Shown piece by piece: positions 50,727-62,478 of a DNA stretch of 64,000 nucleotides; the first letter of the stretch is position 1; each line of letters starts with the position of its first letter. The DNA comes from Squalus acanthias. Its lineage: Eukaryota. Location of the stretch: contig CM059432.1 in assembly GCA_030390025.1 (NCBI GenBank), positions 58,716,001 through 58,780,000 on the forward strand, written 5' to 3'. The notes beneath the pieces are model-generated. The model was not told the DNA's origin, ran no database searches, and worked only from the letters and a program-made list of their open reading frames with translations. Both the position numbers and the translations under genes were made by a program.

Positions 50727-53652
50727 AAATCAGAGTTTCACAGCACAGAAGGAGCCATTCGGCCCGTTGTGCTTGTGCCAGCTCTTTGAAAGAGCTACCC
50801 AATTTTTTTTATTCGTTCCTAGGATGTGGGTGTTGCTGGCAAGGCCCACACCCCAGCTTTTTCCCATAACCTGACAAATTAGCCCTCTTCAACTTCCAAT
50901 TGCCTTTTGAAAGTTCCTGTGGAATCTAATTCCACCACCCTTTCAGGTAGTGCATTCCAGATCTTAACCTAATTTCCCCTGTAGTTCTTTTGCCAATTAT
51001 TTTAAATCTATGACCTCTTGTTACTGACCCACTTGCCAGAGGAAACAGTTTTGCAATACCTGCAAAACCCCTCTATTTTGAATACCACTATTGGGTCTCA
51101 CCTTAACCTTCTCTGCTCTAAGGAGAACAATCCTAGCTCCAATCTCTCCACATAACTGAAGTCCCTCATCCCTGGTATCATCCTGGTGAACCTCCGCTGT
51201 ACCCTCAAAGACCTTGGCATCCTTCCCAAAGTGTGGTGCCACAGTACTCCAGCTGAGGCCTAACCAGAGATTTGTAAAGGTTTAGCATGACTGACTGTTT
51301 TTGTCGTCAATGCCCCTATTTACAAAACCAAGTATCCCATACGCTTTCTTAACTGCCTTATCAACTTGCCCTGCCATCTTCCAAGATTTGTGAATATGCA
51401 CCTCCTAGGTCTCTCTGCTCTTGCACCCCCCTCAAAATAGTGCTATTTAGATTATATTGCCTCTCCATGTTGTTTCTCTCAAAGTGTATCACTTCACACT
51501 AATCCGCATTAAATTGTGTCTGTCCATTTCACCAGTCTGTCTATATCCTCCTGAAGTCTGCTACTATCCTGCTCAGTATTTACTACGTTGCCAAGTTTTG
51601 TATCAGCCGCAAACTTCAAAATTGTTATCCCTATACCCAAGTTCATGTTTATATATAACAAGAAAAGCAATGGTCCTAATACGACCCCTGGGGGACCCCA
51701 CTGCATACTTCTCTTCAGTCAGGAAAAACTCCGTTCACCGCAACTCTTTCCCTCTTATCCCTTAGCCAATTACGTACCCAAGTTACCACTGTCCCTTTAA
51801 TCCCATGTACTTCTATTTTCTAAATAAGTCTGTTACATGGCACTTTATCAAATCCCATTTGAAAGTCCACATATATGACATCTACTGCACGTCCTTCATC
51901 AACTCTGTTACTTCATCAAGTAACTCAATCAGGTTAGTCAGACATGATTTGTTTTTAACAAACCCATGCTGGCCGTTCCTTATTAACCCTTGTTTCTCCA
52001 AGTGAGACTTAATTTTGTCCTTGACAATGATCTCTAGTAATTTTCCCACCACTGATGTTCGATTGATTGGCTTGTAGTTATCAGGTTTATCCCTTTTTTT
52101 GAACAGGGGTGTAACATTTGCAAACCTCCAGTCCTCTGGCACCACTCCCATATCCAAGGATGATTGAAAGATTGTGGACAGCGATTCTGCTATCTCCACC
52201 CTTGCTTCCCTCAGCAATCTAGGATGCATCCAATCGCGGGTGATTTGTTAACTTTGAGTGATACCAGGCAATTTAGCACCTCCTTTCTAATTTTTATCCT
52301 ATCCAATATCTCTACTCTTCTCCCCCTGGCCCACCCCACCCCTACTGCAGCATTAGCTTCATCGTCTTTGTTTGTGAAGACAGATGCAAAGTTACTCATT
52401 CAGTATCTGTCATGCCCTGTGCCTCCAAGATTTGTTTTTTGTCCCTAATTGGCCCTACCATTCTTTTTAATTACCCCTTACTTTATGCTTATATAAAAAA
52501 AATTGGGTTCCTTTTTATGTTTTCTGCTAATCTTTTCTCATACTCACTCTTTGCTGCCCTTGCATCCTTTTTCAGTTTCCCCCTGCACTCTCTGTATTCT
52601 GCCTGGTTTTCAATTGTATTCTGTACCTGACACTTGTAATAAACCTTTTTCTGTTTTATTTTAAACTTTGTCATCCAGGGAGCTCTAACTTTATCTTTCC
52701 TCCTTTATGGAAAATGCTTGGTTTGTACCTGAACTACCTCTACCTTGAAGGCCTGCCATTGCTCATTTACTGTTTTCTTGGACAATCTTTGTTTCCAGTC
52801 CACCTGTGCTTTCTCAAATCACTGGAATTGGCTCTCTTCCAGTTGGGTATTTTCACCTTTTTGATTTTTCTTTGTCCCCTTCCATAACTACTTTTAAACC
52901 TAATTATATTATGATCGCTATCAGTCAGATGTTCTCCCACTGAAACACTCCTCTTGCCCGACTTCATTCCCCAGAACTTGATCCAGCACTGCTTCCTTCC
53001 TTGTTGGGCTACTAATTATGAAAGTGTTCCTGTACACAATTTAGTAATTCTTCACCCTCCTTGCCCTTTTACACTGTTTTTCCCCCGGTCTATATTTGGG
53101 TAATTGAAGTCCCCTACTATTACTGCTCTATTATTTTTGCATTTCTCTGAAATTTGCCTACAGATTTGTTCATCTATCTCCTTCTCACTATTTGGGGGTC
53201 TATAGTAAACACTCAGCAATGTAACAGCTTCTTGTCTGTTCCTTAACTCTAACCAAATGGATTCAGTCTTTGAACCTTCTAGTATATCGTCCCTCTAATA
53301 TTATTATTGATCAATACTGCCACCCGTCCCTCCTGAATACATTGTAGCCAGGAATGTTTAGTTCCCATTCCTGCCCATGTTTAAGGCAGGTCTCTGTTAC
53401 AGCCACTACGTCATAACGCCATGTGGCAACTTGCACCTGTAGCTTGTCAACCTTATTTATAACATTCCTCGCATTAACACAAATGCATTCCAACACCATG
53501 CTAGTCTGCTTTGCTTTTTTCCTCCAGCTAATTCCTGCTCGATCTGCACTATTCTTTGTTCTGTTGCTGTTTATCCCTCCAATGTTCCATGCACCTTGTC
53601 TCTCTGCTGCTGCATCCTGATGCCCCTCCCCCTGCCAAGTTAGTTTAAACCC
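50727..53652 (-). mobile_element. CR1 LINE (end of ORF1 through ORF2 to 3' UTR), antisense, abutting the EFR3 acceptor
   Basis: Endonuclease start CICVNARNVINK..VAVTET, DSDHN, QHGFVK..CLTNL, KFAADTK; ORF1 terminus ggtttaaactaa at 53640-53651. Confidence 0.92.
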
Positions 53653-53672
53653 TGATATTTATATTTCTACAG

Positions 53673-53749
53673 GAGTATGCGGCTGCTGTGGTGCTTTGCG
53701 CCCACGATACAAACGCCTGGTAGATAACATCTTTCCTGAAGATCCAAAG
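53673..53749 (+). CDS. EFR3A: EFR3 homolog, coding exon (equivalent to exon 2), 77 nt
   Basis: ttctacag|GA GTA TGC..CCA AAG|gtaagt; (G)VCGCCGALRPRYKRLVDNIFPEDPK, the EFR3 palmitoylation/basic motif. Confidence 0.95.
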
Positions 53750-55488
53750 GTAAGTGAATAATAATAAGTGAATAAAGGTAAGTAACAGAAATTTCAGTTG
53801 CTAAACTTGTTTTTTTTTAAAATGGAAATGTTTAACTCTCTTGTTTCAGTTGGGCTTCATGGAGCTGCATCTTCTACAATACTCAAAACATTATAAATAC
53901 AGTTAAATATATTAACTGAATTTGTTCTAGTTTTGCTCAACCAGGAGTAATTTGGTAGAATAGTGAGCATACATTTTTTTTTTAAAGTGATTATCACTAG
54001 GGTCATTAAGTGTAGCAGGCTTGATGTACTATTAGTCAACATGGCCCAATATACTTTAACTGCAGTATGGTAGACTATTATCTATCAACTGCTGCTATTA
54101 GTACAGGTTGGCAGATTGAAACCACTCAGGTTTTGTAAAATGGCTTCATACTCTGAGCTTTATGGGTTAGCCTTGACTCCATTTGTAGGAAAGTGATTCT
54201 CTACCTGTAGAGTTAGTGAGAGATTATGATGGAGGGAAAATAAATCAAATCAAATCTGTGAATACACACCAGATAGCAATGACCATCATTTACACTTTAC
54301 CAAAATGTTTGAAGTAGTTCATTGACTTGTTGATGTTGCTCCTGCTGCTATGTTCCAGCGTGATTGGTATTGATTCTAGTGAGATATTTCAACAACAAAA
54401 GAAAACAAAACTGTCCATCACACTACTGCTTCTGGGTGACTGGATCTGTAGATCTGAATTCCAGTGGTTGAAAGCTGCCACCCTGAAGTGATCTATTTAC
54501 CACCAGATGGTTTTCTTGTATTGTTGAATATTAACTCATTAACTCATTCACTGCTAGAGATGAAATTTGTCACCAACCCTATCTGGTCCAGGGATTACAG
54601 AATGACCTTGGGTACATCCTTCAGTAGTAAAGCAGTAGCTTAAAAAATCAAAACACAGGTCAAAGTGAAGAACAATAGATAGTTTGGACTGAGTAACTCA
54701 ATTGATTTTGGCTGTCATGTTTCAGGATATTGAGAGATTGTGCTACAGCCTTCTTACTCAGATGTACTTTTTTTTTAGACTTCAAGTTCACTGGGATTCA
54801 TGGATTATAGTGCCTGACTTAATTGTGCAAATGTTGAAATTTATGTACAAATCTGACATCTGCATTATCTGTTTCAAAAGCTGCCTTGTTTATATTAAGT
54901 GCAGTTTTCTGAGCTAGCTGTGTGTAGGGTTGTTGGAGGAAGGGAAATACTATAACACATACTTCCCTTTTCACTGTCGGGACATCATCGCCTCTTACAG
55001 ATTGCTGGAATTTGATGTCTTCCATTATCAGTAAAGCTTAAATGCCATTGACCTATCCATGCTCTCATGTCTCACCAAGAGCAGCTTTACATACTGATAG
55101 AAAGGTGTTTGAGCTGGAAAATCTTAGTACTGGCACAGCCGAAAGCAGGTTGAATGTATGAATGTCTCCTCTCTGGTAGATAAGTCCTCACTTATTTTAA
55201 ATATCTGGATTTTGTTTGGGAGAGTTGTTTGCTTAAATTAATATTTAGTGTTATCCTCCACACTTCTGTTTTTAAACTTGCATTTCTGCCTGAAAATATA
55301 GTTACCACTATGGAGATAAAATAGTATTACCCTGAGTGGTATTCCGTCTGGAGGTAATTTTGGGAGATTTACTCAAATGCAGAAAATGGCAATCTATGCG
55401 TTGAGCTGTATTTGGGCAGTACCTATGCCCGTTTACAAATTTCAATATAGGTTTAACACTGGTAATTCTTTTGGGCCAGTAATTCTTA

Positions 55489-55943
55489 GGGGCAACACGG
55501 TGGCATAGTGGTTAGCACTGGTGCCTCACAGCGCCAGAGACCCGGGTTCGAATCTGACCTCGGGTGACTGTCTGTGTGGAGTTTGCACATTCTCCCCGTG
55601 TCTGCGTGGGTTTCCTCCGGGTGCTCCGGTTTCCTCCCACAGTCCAAAAATGTGCGGGTTAGGTTGATTTGGCTATGATAAATTGACCCTTAGTGTTAGG
55701 GGGGGATTAAATATGTGGGGTTACGGGGATAGGATGGGATATGTTAGGGGGAATTAAATACGTGGGGTTACGGGGATAGGGTGGGATATGTGTCGGTGCA
55801 GGCTCGATGGGGATTCTGTGTGAGAAAGCAGGGACAGGGTACTGGATTTGGATGATCAGCCATGATCGTATTGAATGGTGGAGCAGGCTCGACGGGCCGA
55901 ATGGCCTACTCCTGCTCCTAGTTTCTATGTTTCTATGTTTCTA
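55489..55943 (+). mobile_element. HE1-like V-SINE joined to a CR1 3' end
   Basis: A box tggcatagtgg, B box ggttcgaatc, V domain tgtggagtttgcacattctccccgtgtctgcgtgggtttcctccgggtgctccggtttcctcccacagtccaaa; tail (tttctatg)n. Confidence 0.9.
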
Positions 55944-56571
55944 AACCAAAAAACCGCAATATGGCCAATTAACTTCGGACACATCTCTAATTTCAAACTT
56001 GAGTCTGTCAGGCCAGCATCTGCCAATACATCCTCTTTTATTCAACTTCAATCTTTGACCCAAGATCTGCTAGCCCTGCAATGCTCTTTGGGGATTTAGC
56101 TCCATGTTAGAAGTTTCATCAAAAGAAATCTGAGCGTGTAGTGGGGAGAAGAAGGGGAAGCGAGCTGGATGGTTAGACACTGCAATATCACCTCTAGAAT
56201 CTAGTTTCAATCCACCTCCGACTGATGGGATAAAAATATCTCCTGAGGATGGAAGATCTCAATACAGCTCCAAGTGTGCATAGGCCTAAAGCACAACCCT
56301 ACTCCTAATTGGCAGTAAATTGCTGAGGTTCAGTCTCTACACTTTTATATATACACACATACCCACACCACATTTACCCATCATCTCCAGCTTCGCTAAC
56401 TTACACTGGCTCCTCATCCCCTAATGCATTAAATTTTAAATCCTTACCTCATTCATAAATCCCTCCGTGGTCTGTTGTCACCTTACCATTGCCCAATATC
56501 CCCATCCCTGCTGCTGAGTTCCTTGGCTTGTTGTGGCTCTCCTCAAGTGGCTCTTGTTAGTTAAAAGCAAT

Positions 56572-57301
56572 GGGGCTGAATTTGCAGTCGGTATGACTGT
56601 GTACTCGGAGTACTCTCATACCGCCTTTTGAAATGGACAGCAAGTTCGGGATTATGCGCTAAATCCCGAACTTGCGATCTGTCAAATTTCGACTTGACAG
56701 ATCATCCACTCCGACTGTATTATCCTCATTGCTGGCGCAGAATTAGGCTAATTGCCCAACAACTGACCCGCAATTACGCATGGAAATTTTACGGCTGGTG
56801 CAAACAGGTGCAGGAACCTGTTTGCACAGTGTAAGGGGATAACCATCATGATAAATCTTAATCTGATGCTATTTTGTTTTAAATTACTGTAACTGTGTTT
56901 GCCCTTTACACTGAGCCAGCCTGAGGGATTAGCAAACCTCCAAAAGTTCCGTTGAATATTATCTGAATGTACATCTATGCTTGAATAAAGTAGTTAAGCA
57001 GCCTGCAGTATAGTGTGATTGCTTCTGTCTATTGATAATTTCCCCCAAAATTGATTTCTAATTCTAAATGTAAATCCAGACTGGGATGAGTGAGACTGGG
57101 GGTGAATGAGAGACCTTCTGTTCTGATTGGAGCACCGTCCCACACGGTGCACCCCTGGGATTCATGGGCCACTACTATGCTGTGCTCTGCTCCGCAGTGT
57201 CTGACAGTAACTTCTCGAAGGAGGGTTCCCAGCAGGTAAGTGTGCATTTCGTTTGGAGGTTGGTGGCGTACTCCATAGCTGCCGACTGCAATTTCAGGGC
57301 A
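56572..57301. mobile_element. Harbinger-type non-autonomous element
   Basis: TIRs ctgaatttgcagtcgg / ccgactgcaatttcag; 3-bp flanks aat / aat. Confidence 0.75.
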
Positions 57302-58774
57302 AATATCTTCTGAGGTTTATTGAGATTGTTTAACATTTATGGCCCTCCCATTTTACCCTTTTGTGGTGATTGTATTCAACTACTGGGAGTATCTCCTTCA
57401 TTGTGTATAGGGTGAGAATGAGGAAATAGATAAATGTACCAAACATTGTTGCCCTCTTGTCGATGCCTCTTCTGCAATGAAGGCCATCTTTGACTCTCTA
57501 CAACATGCCTCCTTGTACTTCTGTGCCATGTCCTAGAATTTTCCAATCGGTTCCACATGCCAGTTATCACCAGTGATTTTATAGGGGCCAATACTTCATT
57601 AACAATATGTTTGGGTGCGAAATTATGACGACTGCAACTGTGTGTAGGTTAGGTTAGTAAGTGAGGATGCTGTATTCTGGAAATTGCAATGTTTGTTCTT
57701 GGATGGTAAGTGGTGATGCTTCCCACCGTTTGACTCGGCAAAGTGCCTGAAAAACAGCAAGTAAGCACCAAGGATACCACTGCGGCTGATTTCAGTCATA
57801 TCTACCCTAATACTTTAATTGGCCCCTTTTAGTTGATTTAATTCCAAGCATTCCCAATCACTATCTTAGAAATAAAGTACTGGAATGCCACCAGTGGAAC
57901 CATACATACCAAGTGCTAAATGTATGTCAAAAGGGATGCTAACTGGGTGTGGGACAATCCTGTAGTCAGTGGGGTTTCAATTGATGCGGGAAATTACTTT
58001 CCTTGCACAACTTTGCTTCTAATCCAATTCTTCCATTTACAAATGTGGTACAAATCAAGAGGTATAATGCCACCTAGTGGTCAAAGCATTGACAACAGTA
58101 CTAGTCTGCACCAGTTCTAAGCTGACTACCTTAAGAAAGGAACTGCTTATATCACATTGGTGAAGTTTGAACTCTATGGTTGGAGTTTTATTCCTAAATA
58201 TTGTTACACTCTAGTAGACTATAATTGATACTGTAAGGTGTAGCTGTCCTCAATGGGCTAACCAGATTGGTTACTGGTTTAAACTATTAGCCATGTGGTC
58301 AATCTTTGCAGACTTGTTGGTAAAGTTTAACCAATTTTTGCCTGGTCACAGGACAAAATGCAAGTCAGTCATAAAGGAGCTTTAAAGCTAAATTTTCATT
58401 TTTGCAACTTTGTGAAAGAAATAGAGCCTTGTAACACCAGAACTTTGTTTACTATTGTAATTTAAAGGTGTTTATAGTGCCGAGTTTAAATAGTGTTGGT
58501 TCATGATTGGTAATCTATGAGATCGATAATGAGGTTTGGGTTAAAGTATGTTGTCTATCAAGAGTAGAGGGGTTTAACTCTACATCTGGGAATACTTGGT
58601 GGGGACACCACTTCCCAAAGTGGATGAGTGTTGCATTCCCTAACTAGACATCCCTCACCTGGAACAAAGCAATTTGGATAAAATGTATAATACCAAGTCA
58701 GCATCTGGTACAAAGAACAGACATTAAACTTTTAAAAAAGGTGCTTATTGACATAGTCAGTCTTTTCTTATTAG

Positions 58775-58902
58775 GATGGTCTTGTGAAAGCTGACATGGA
58801 GAAGTTGACCTTCTATGCAGTTTCGGCTCCAGACAAACTGGATCGAATAGGGAAGTACCTTGCAGAACGGCTCAGTCGGGATGTTGTCAGGCATAGATGT
58901 GG
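58775..58902 (+). CDS. EFR3A: EFR3 homolog, coding exon (equivalent to exon 3), 128 nt
   Basis: ttattag|GAT GGT..TGT GG|gtaggt; DGLVKADMEKLTFYAVSAPDKLDRIGKYLAERLSRDVVRHRC(G); in frame with both neighbours. Confidence 0.96.
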
Positions 58903-59360
58903 GTAGGTAACTTTTATTGTTTAAAAATTGTGTGGTAATTTATTTCAATATACTGCTAGCTTAAAAAGTGACTCAAATAATAAATGATACCAGGAGAGAA
59001 ATAAATTGGTGTGGGCAATCACAAAAAGTATAACTGTTTGGAATCTGATTTTCAGTACTGAACTGAGTAAAACATACATTTCCCATGAGGTGTGATGCGC
59101 TGCGCCTCTGACTTCAGGAGAGCATGAGAAAATGGTGGAGAGGGGATTAATTTTCAGAGCCTGACTCTTGAACAAATCCTGTTGAGATCTTCCAATTCCC
59201 TGATTGCACCATTCCTCATTTTATTGTCCCCATTCCTTTTAACTTGTTCCGTGATGAGACTATACGATAAGTAGGGGCGATGCCGTGGCTTGTGGGTATA
59301 AGCATTCTTTTTGTTTCTAGAAAACAGATTACTTCCCAGCACTAGTTTTAAAAATTGTGA

Positions 59361-59451
59361 GGTCGCACAACACCAGGTTATAGTCCAACAGTTTTATTTG
59401 AAATCACCAAGCTTTCGGAGCTATCGATCGCCCCTTCCTCAGGTGAAGTAG
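59361..59451 (-). mobile_element. Single-arm copy of the family-B Penelope repeat with hammerhead motif (59404-59446)
   Basis: Matches 40479-40561; core CTGAGGA..GAAAGCTT on minus strand; flanked by attgtga (59354-59360 / 59452-59458). Confidence 0.8.
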
Positions 59452-59547
59452 ATTGTGACATAAATAAATTGTTGCTTGCTGTATAAGCACAACTTGTCTT
59501 TGTGTAAATTCTCTTTGGTCATTGGCTAAAAATCTAGGTAAGTTCTT

Positions 59548-60189
59548 GGCTCAGAATCTATGGTTCTGATGACTGCAAACTGGCAGCGTTCACCGTCATT
59601 TCACCTTTCAAACTGACGGCAACTCCAGGATTTAGCACGTTCGCAGCCTAATGCGGAAATCCTGAAGTTGCGGTCTGTCATTCACTGCTCCTCCACAGGC
59701 TGCGCTGTGCGCCCTTCACCCCCTCTCAGAGCTGGCAATCAGTGAAATCTCTCAAATCATGCAAACTGACAAACTTTGGCTCTTCTGCGGTAATGACGCT
59801 GTTAAATTCCCCATTAAAAGTTAGACCCAAAGGGATTAGGTGTAACTTGGGTTTTAACAGCGAATTGACTGCTAAACAAAGGTTATGGGCCTGAAAAACT
59901 AATTTAAATTTTGTGCAGTGTCAAATTTATCCATTTTAATGAAAAAAATTCTTAAACTTTTTTTTTCCTTGTTCGAGGTCTGAGAATTCTGAGTTTTGAT
60001 TGGCTGTTTAGACAGCTTGTTGACGTCACAGCAGCTCGCAATATGGGATTCCCACTATACTATGGTGATTTCAATTGCACATCAGAAAACCTGAACTTCA
60101 AGACAGAGATTGCGAGATCTTTGTGCAAATTTTACTTCGGGGCCAGCGGCGAATGCCTTTGCTTCGCTGCTGACTGCAAATTCCGGGCC
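59548..60189. mobile_element. Harbinger-type non-autonomous element
   Basis: Termini ggctcagaat / gactgcaaattccgggcc; related to 6345-6514 and to the TIR at 56572. Confidence 0.7.
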
Positions 60190-60685
60190 ATTAAGTCCAA
60201 AATATCAGAGGCCTAAAGCCTTAGGACATTAGGCTGTTAAGGACTTAACATCATAACTCCACTTTTCTGTCACCATTCTCATGCAAGGAGAATCATTTGA
60301 ATTGATCATCCTCCTGTTGATGACTGTTATCTGGAATTTCAATTTCTTCTAGTATTTCCTCCATTCCCCCAGGAAATTTAACTACCAGCCTATGGCGGCT
60401 TCATTGAACACAGAAAGAAATTGTTTAGTATACTTATTTGCTATCCAGTCATCTTTGGGCTCTTTCAATGGCCCCATAGTTTCCTTTTTTAACCTACTTG
60501 GTGAGAGTATATCTATAGAAGTAATCGCAATTCTCTTTCTAATCTGTTTTAACTCTCTCGATATGTTTCTTCAACCCCCCTCCCCCACCCCCTTGGTTTT
60601 ATGTTCATCCTGGTCCACGTGGTGCACTTTAGGAACATTATTTTTGCCCTATTTTCCCATTTGGTGACCAGAAATCAATGCCCTA

Positions 60686-61052
60686 ATACAAAAACAAAAT
60701 ACTGCAGATGCTGGAAATCTGAAATAAAAACAGAAAATGCTGGACATACTCAGCAGGTCCGGCAATATCTGTGGCGAGAGAAATAGAGTTCATGTTTCAG
60801 GTCCATGACCTTTCCTCAGAACTGGAAAAAGTTGGAGATGTAACAGTTTTTAAGCAAGTACAGAGGCAGGGAAAGAGGTGGGGGGGGGGGGGGGGGGCGG
60901 TGGTGGAGGTGCAGATGGGAGGAAAGAACAAAAGAGAAGGTCTGTGATAGGGTGGGAATCAGGAGAGATTAAATAACAAAAGGGATGCCAGTGCAAGACA
61001 AAAGTGGGTGGTAATGGGACAAGTAAAGAAACAAAAGATGGGTCTGGAGGAT
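60686..61052 (-). mobile_element. Penelope-type terminal repeat (family A) with decayed hammerhead at 60787-60823
   Basis: Similar to 15706-15900; minus AGTT-CTGAGGA-A-AGGTC-ATG-GACCT-GAAA-CA-TG-AACT. Confidence 0.8.
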
Positions 61053-61166
61053 CTGAGCCAGTTAGGGCCAGGAATCTGTAAACTGTTGAGGGGGGCAGGG
61101 GGAGGAGGAAAGGGAAAAAAGTGGTCGTCTTATATGTATTAGAGTTGATAAATTTGTTGTCTGCAG

Positions 61167-61317
61167 GTATGTTTTCATTGCGATGGAGGCACTGGACCAG
61201 CTTTTGATGGCTTGTCATTCCCAAAGCATTAACCTGTTTGTTGAAAGCTTCCTTCAAATGGTAGCCAAACTGTTGGAGTCGGGAGAGCCTGAATTACAAA
61301 TTCTTGGCTCCAATTCG
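61167..61317 (+). CDS. EFR3A: EFR3 homolog, coding exon (equivalent to exon 4), 151 nt
   Basis: tctgcag|G TAT..AAT TCG|gtaagt; YVFIAMEALDQLLMACHSQSINLFVESFLQMVAKLLESGEPELQILGSNS. Confidence 0.96.
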
Positions 61318-61767
61318 GTAAGTGGTGTGAGCAGGCATGTTCATTTAAATTGGATGTGGATCATAACCATCCCACGCATTTTAGCTCATTTCCCAAATGC
61401 TTCTGAAAAATCTGTTGCAGATATTGTTGAGGTGATGCAGAAGCCTGCATATTGAAAAGTGTTTGCAGATTTTTATAAGCTGTGAAACTCACTATGCCAA
61501 ACCATAATTTATTCTGTATCTGGAACATATGTCTATCTAATAAGTGATAAAATTTCAGAGCTGGATACAGGTGCATCTCCTTCATGGTTCAGATGTTACC
61601 AGCTGCGACTTACTTTGTTAGAGTGCTTATTTTCTCCATCCTTCCAATTCCGTGTTCACTTTCTAATGATTTCGGTGGGAGATGGCCCTTATTTCTACTA
61701 TTTTCTCTTCCACCTCCTCGAGTGATGTTACCAACCACAGATGTTCATTCTTCTCTTTCCCGCTTTC

Positions 61768-62478
61768 TCATAGAATCATATAGCACAGAAGGTGGCCATT
61801 TGGCCCATCGTGCCTGTGCTTGCTCGTTGAGAGTTATCCATTTAGTCCCACTCCCCCGCCCTTGAGGAAGATAGGAACAGGAGTAGTCCATTCAGCCTTC
61901 GAGCCTGTTCCGCTGATCTGTATCTTAACTCCATTTACCTGCCTTGGTTTCATATCCCTCAATACCCTTACCTAACAAAAATCTATAAATCTTGGTTTTA
62001 AAATGTTCAATTGACTTAGCCTCAACAGCTTTTTGGGGAAGAGAGTTTGAGATTTCCACTACCCTTTGAGTGAAGAAGTGCCCCTTTGTATTCTGGCCCC
62101 CTTGAGATGAAGGCTAACATTCAATTAACCTTTTACTCCTCCATAGTTCCTAGCTTCTTACCATTTAGAAAATATTCTTATCTATCTTTCTTGGGTCCCA
62201 AGTGGATGACCTCACACGTCCCCACATTGAACTCCATCTGCTACAGTCTTGCCCACTCAATCTATCAATATCCCGCTGCAACTTTCTGCTCCCATCTACA
62301 CTACTTACTGCATCACCTAACTTGGTGTCGTCAGCAAATTTGGATATACGGCTGCCTATTCTTTCATCTAAGTCATTTATAAAGATAGTGAAAAGCTGAG
62401 GCCCCTGCACAGATCCCTGGGGAACACCATTAGTCACATCCTTTCTCTGTCACCTACCTCCTAACCAAATCCCATTCT
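61768..62478 (-). mobile_element. Cluster of CR1 fragments (two 3' UTR pieces and an RT piece)
   Basis: catagaatcatat tail; minus ORF GVPQGSVQGPQLFTIFINDLD..KFADDTK. Confidence 0.85.

Noticed and set aside
55495..55565. tRNA gene
   Set aside because: A/B boxes continue directly into a V-domain SINE body; SINE head rather than tRNA (likewise 8575-8635)
56160..56325. Faint resemblance to an LF-SINE-type head
   Set aside because: Too degenerate to support without a profile search
58903..58912. Tandem donor GTAG|GTAAC 4 nt after exon 3
   Set aside because: Common by-product of the donor consensus; would frameshift; no supporting evidence
60787..60823. Active hammerhead ribozyme
   Set aside because: Cleavage triplet reads AUG (G not cleavable) and the ACGT palindrome is lost; kept only as a decayed motif
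61318..61455. ORF extension beyond EFR3 exon
   Set aside because: EFR3 similarity stops at the GTAAGT donor at 61318; intronic read-through
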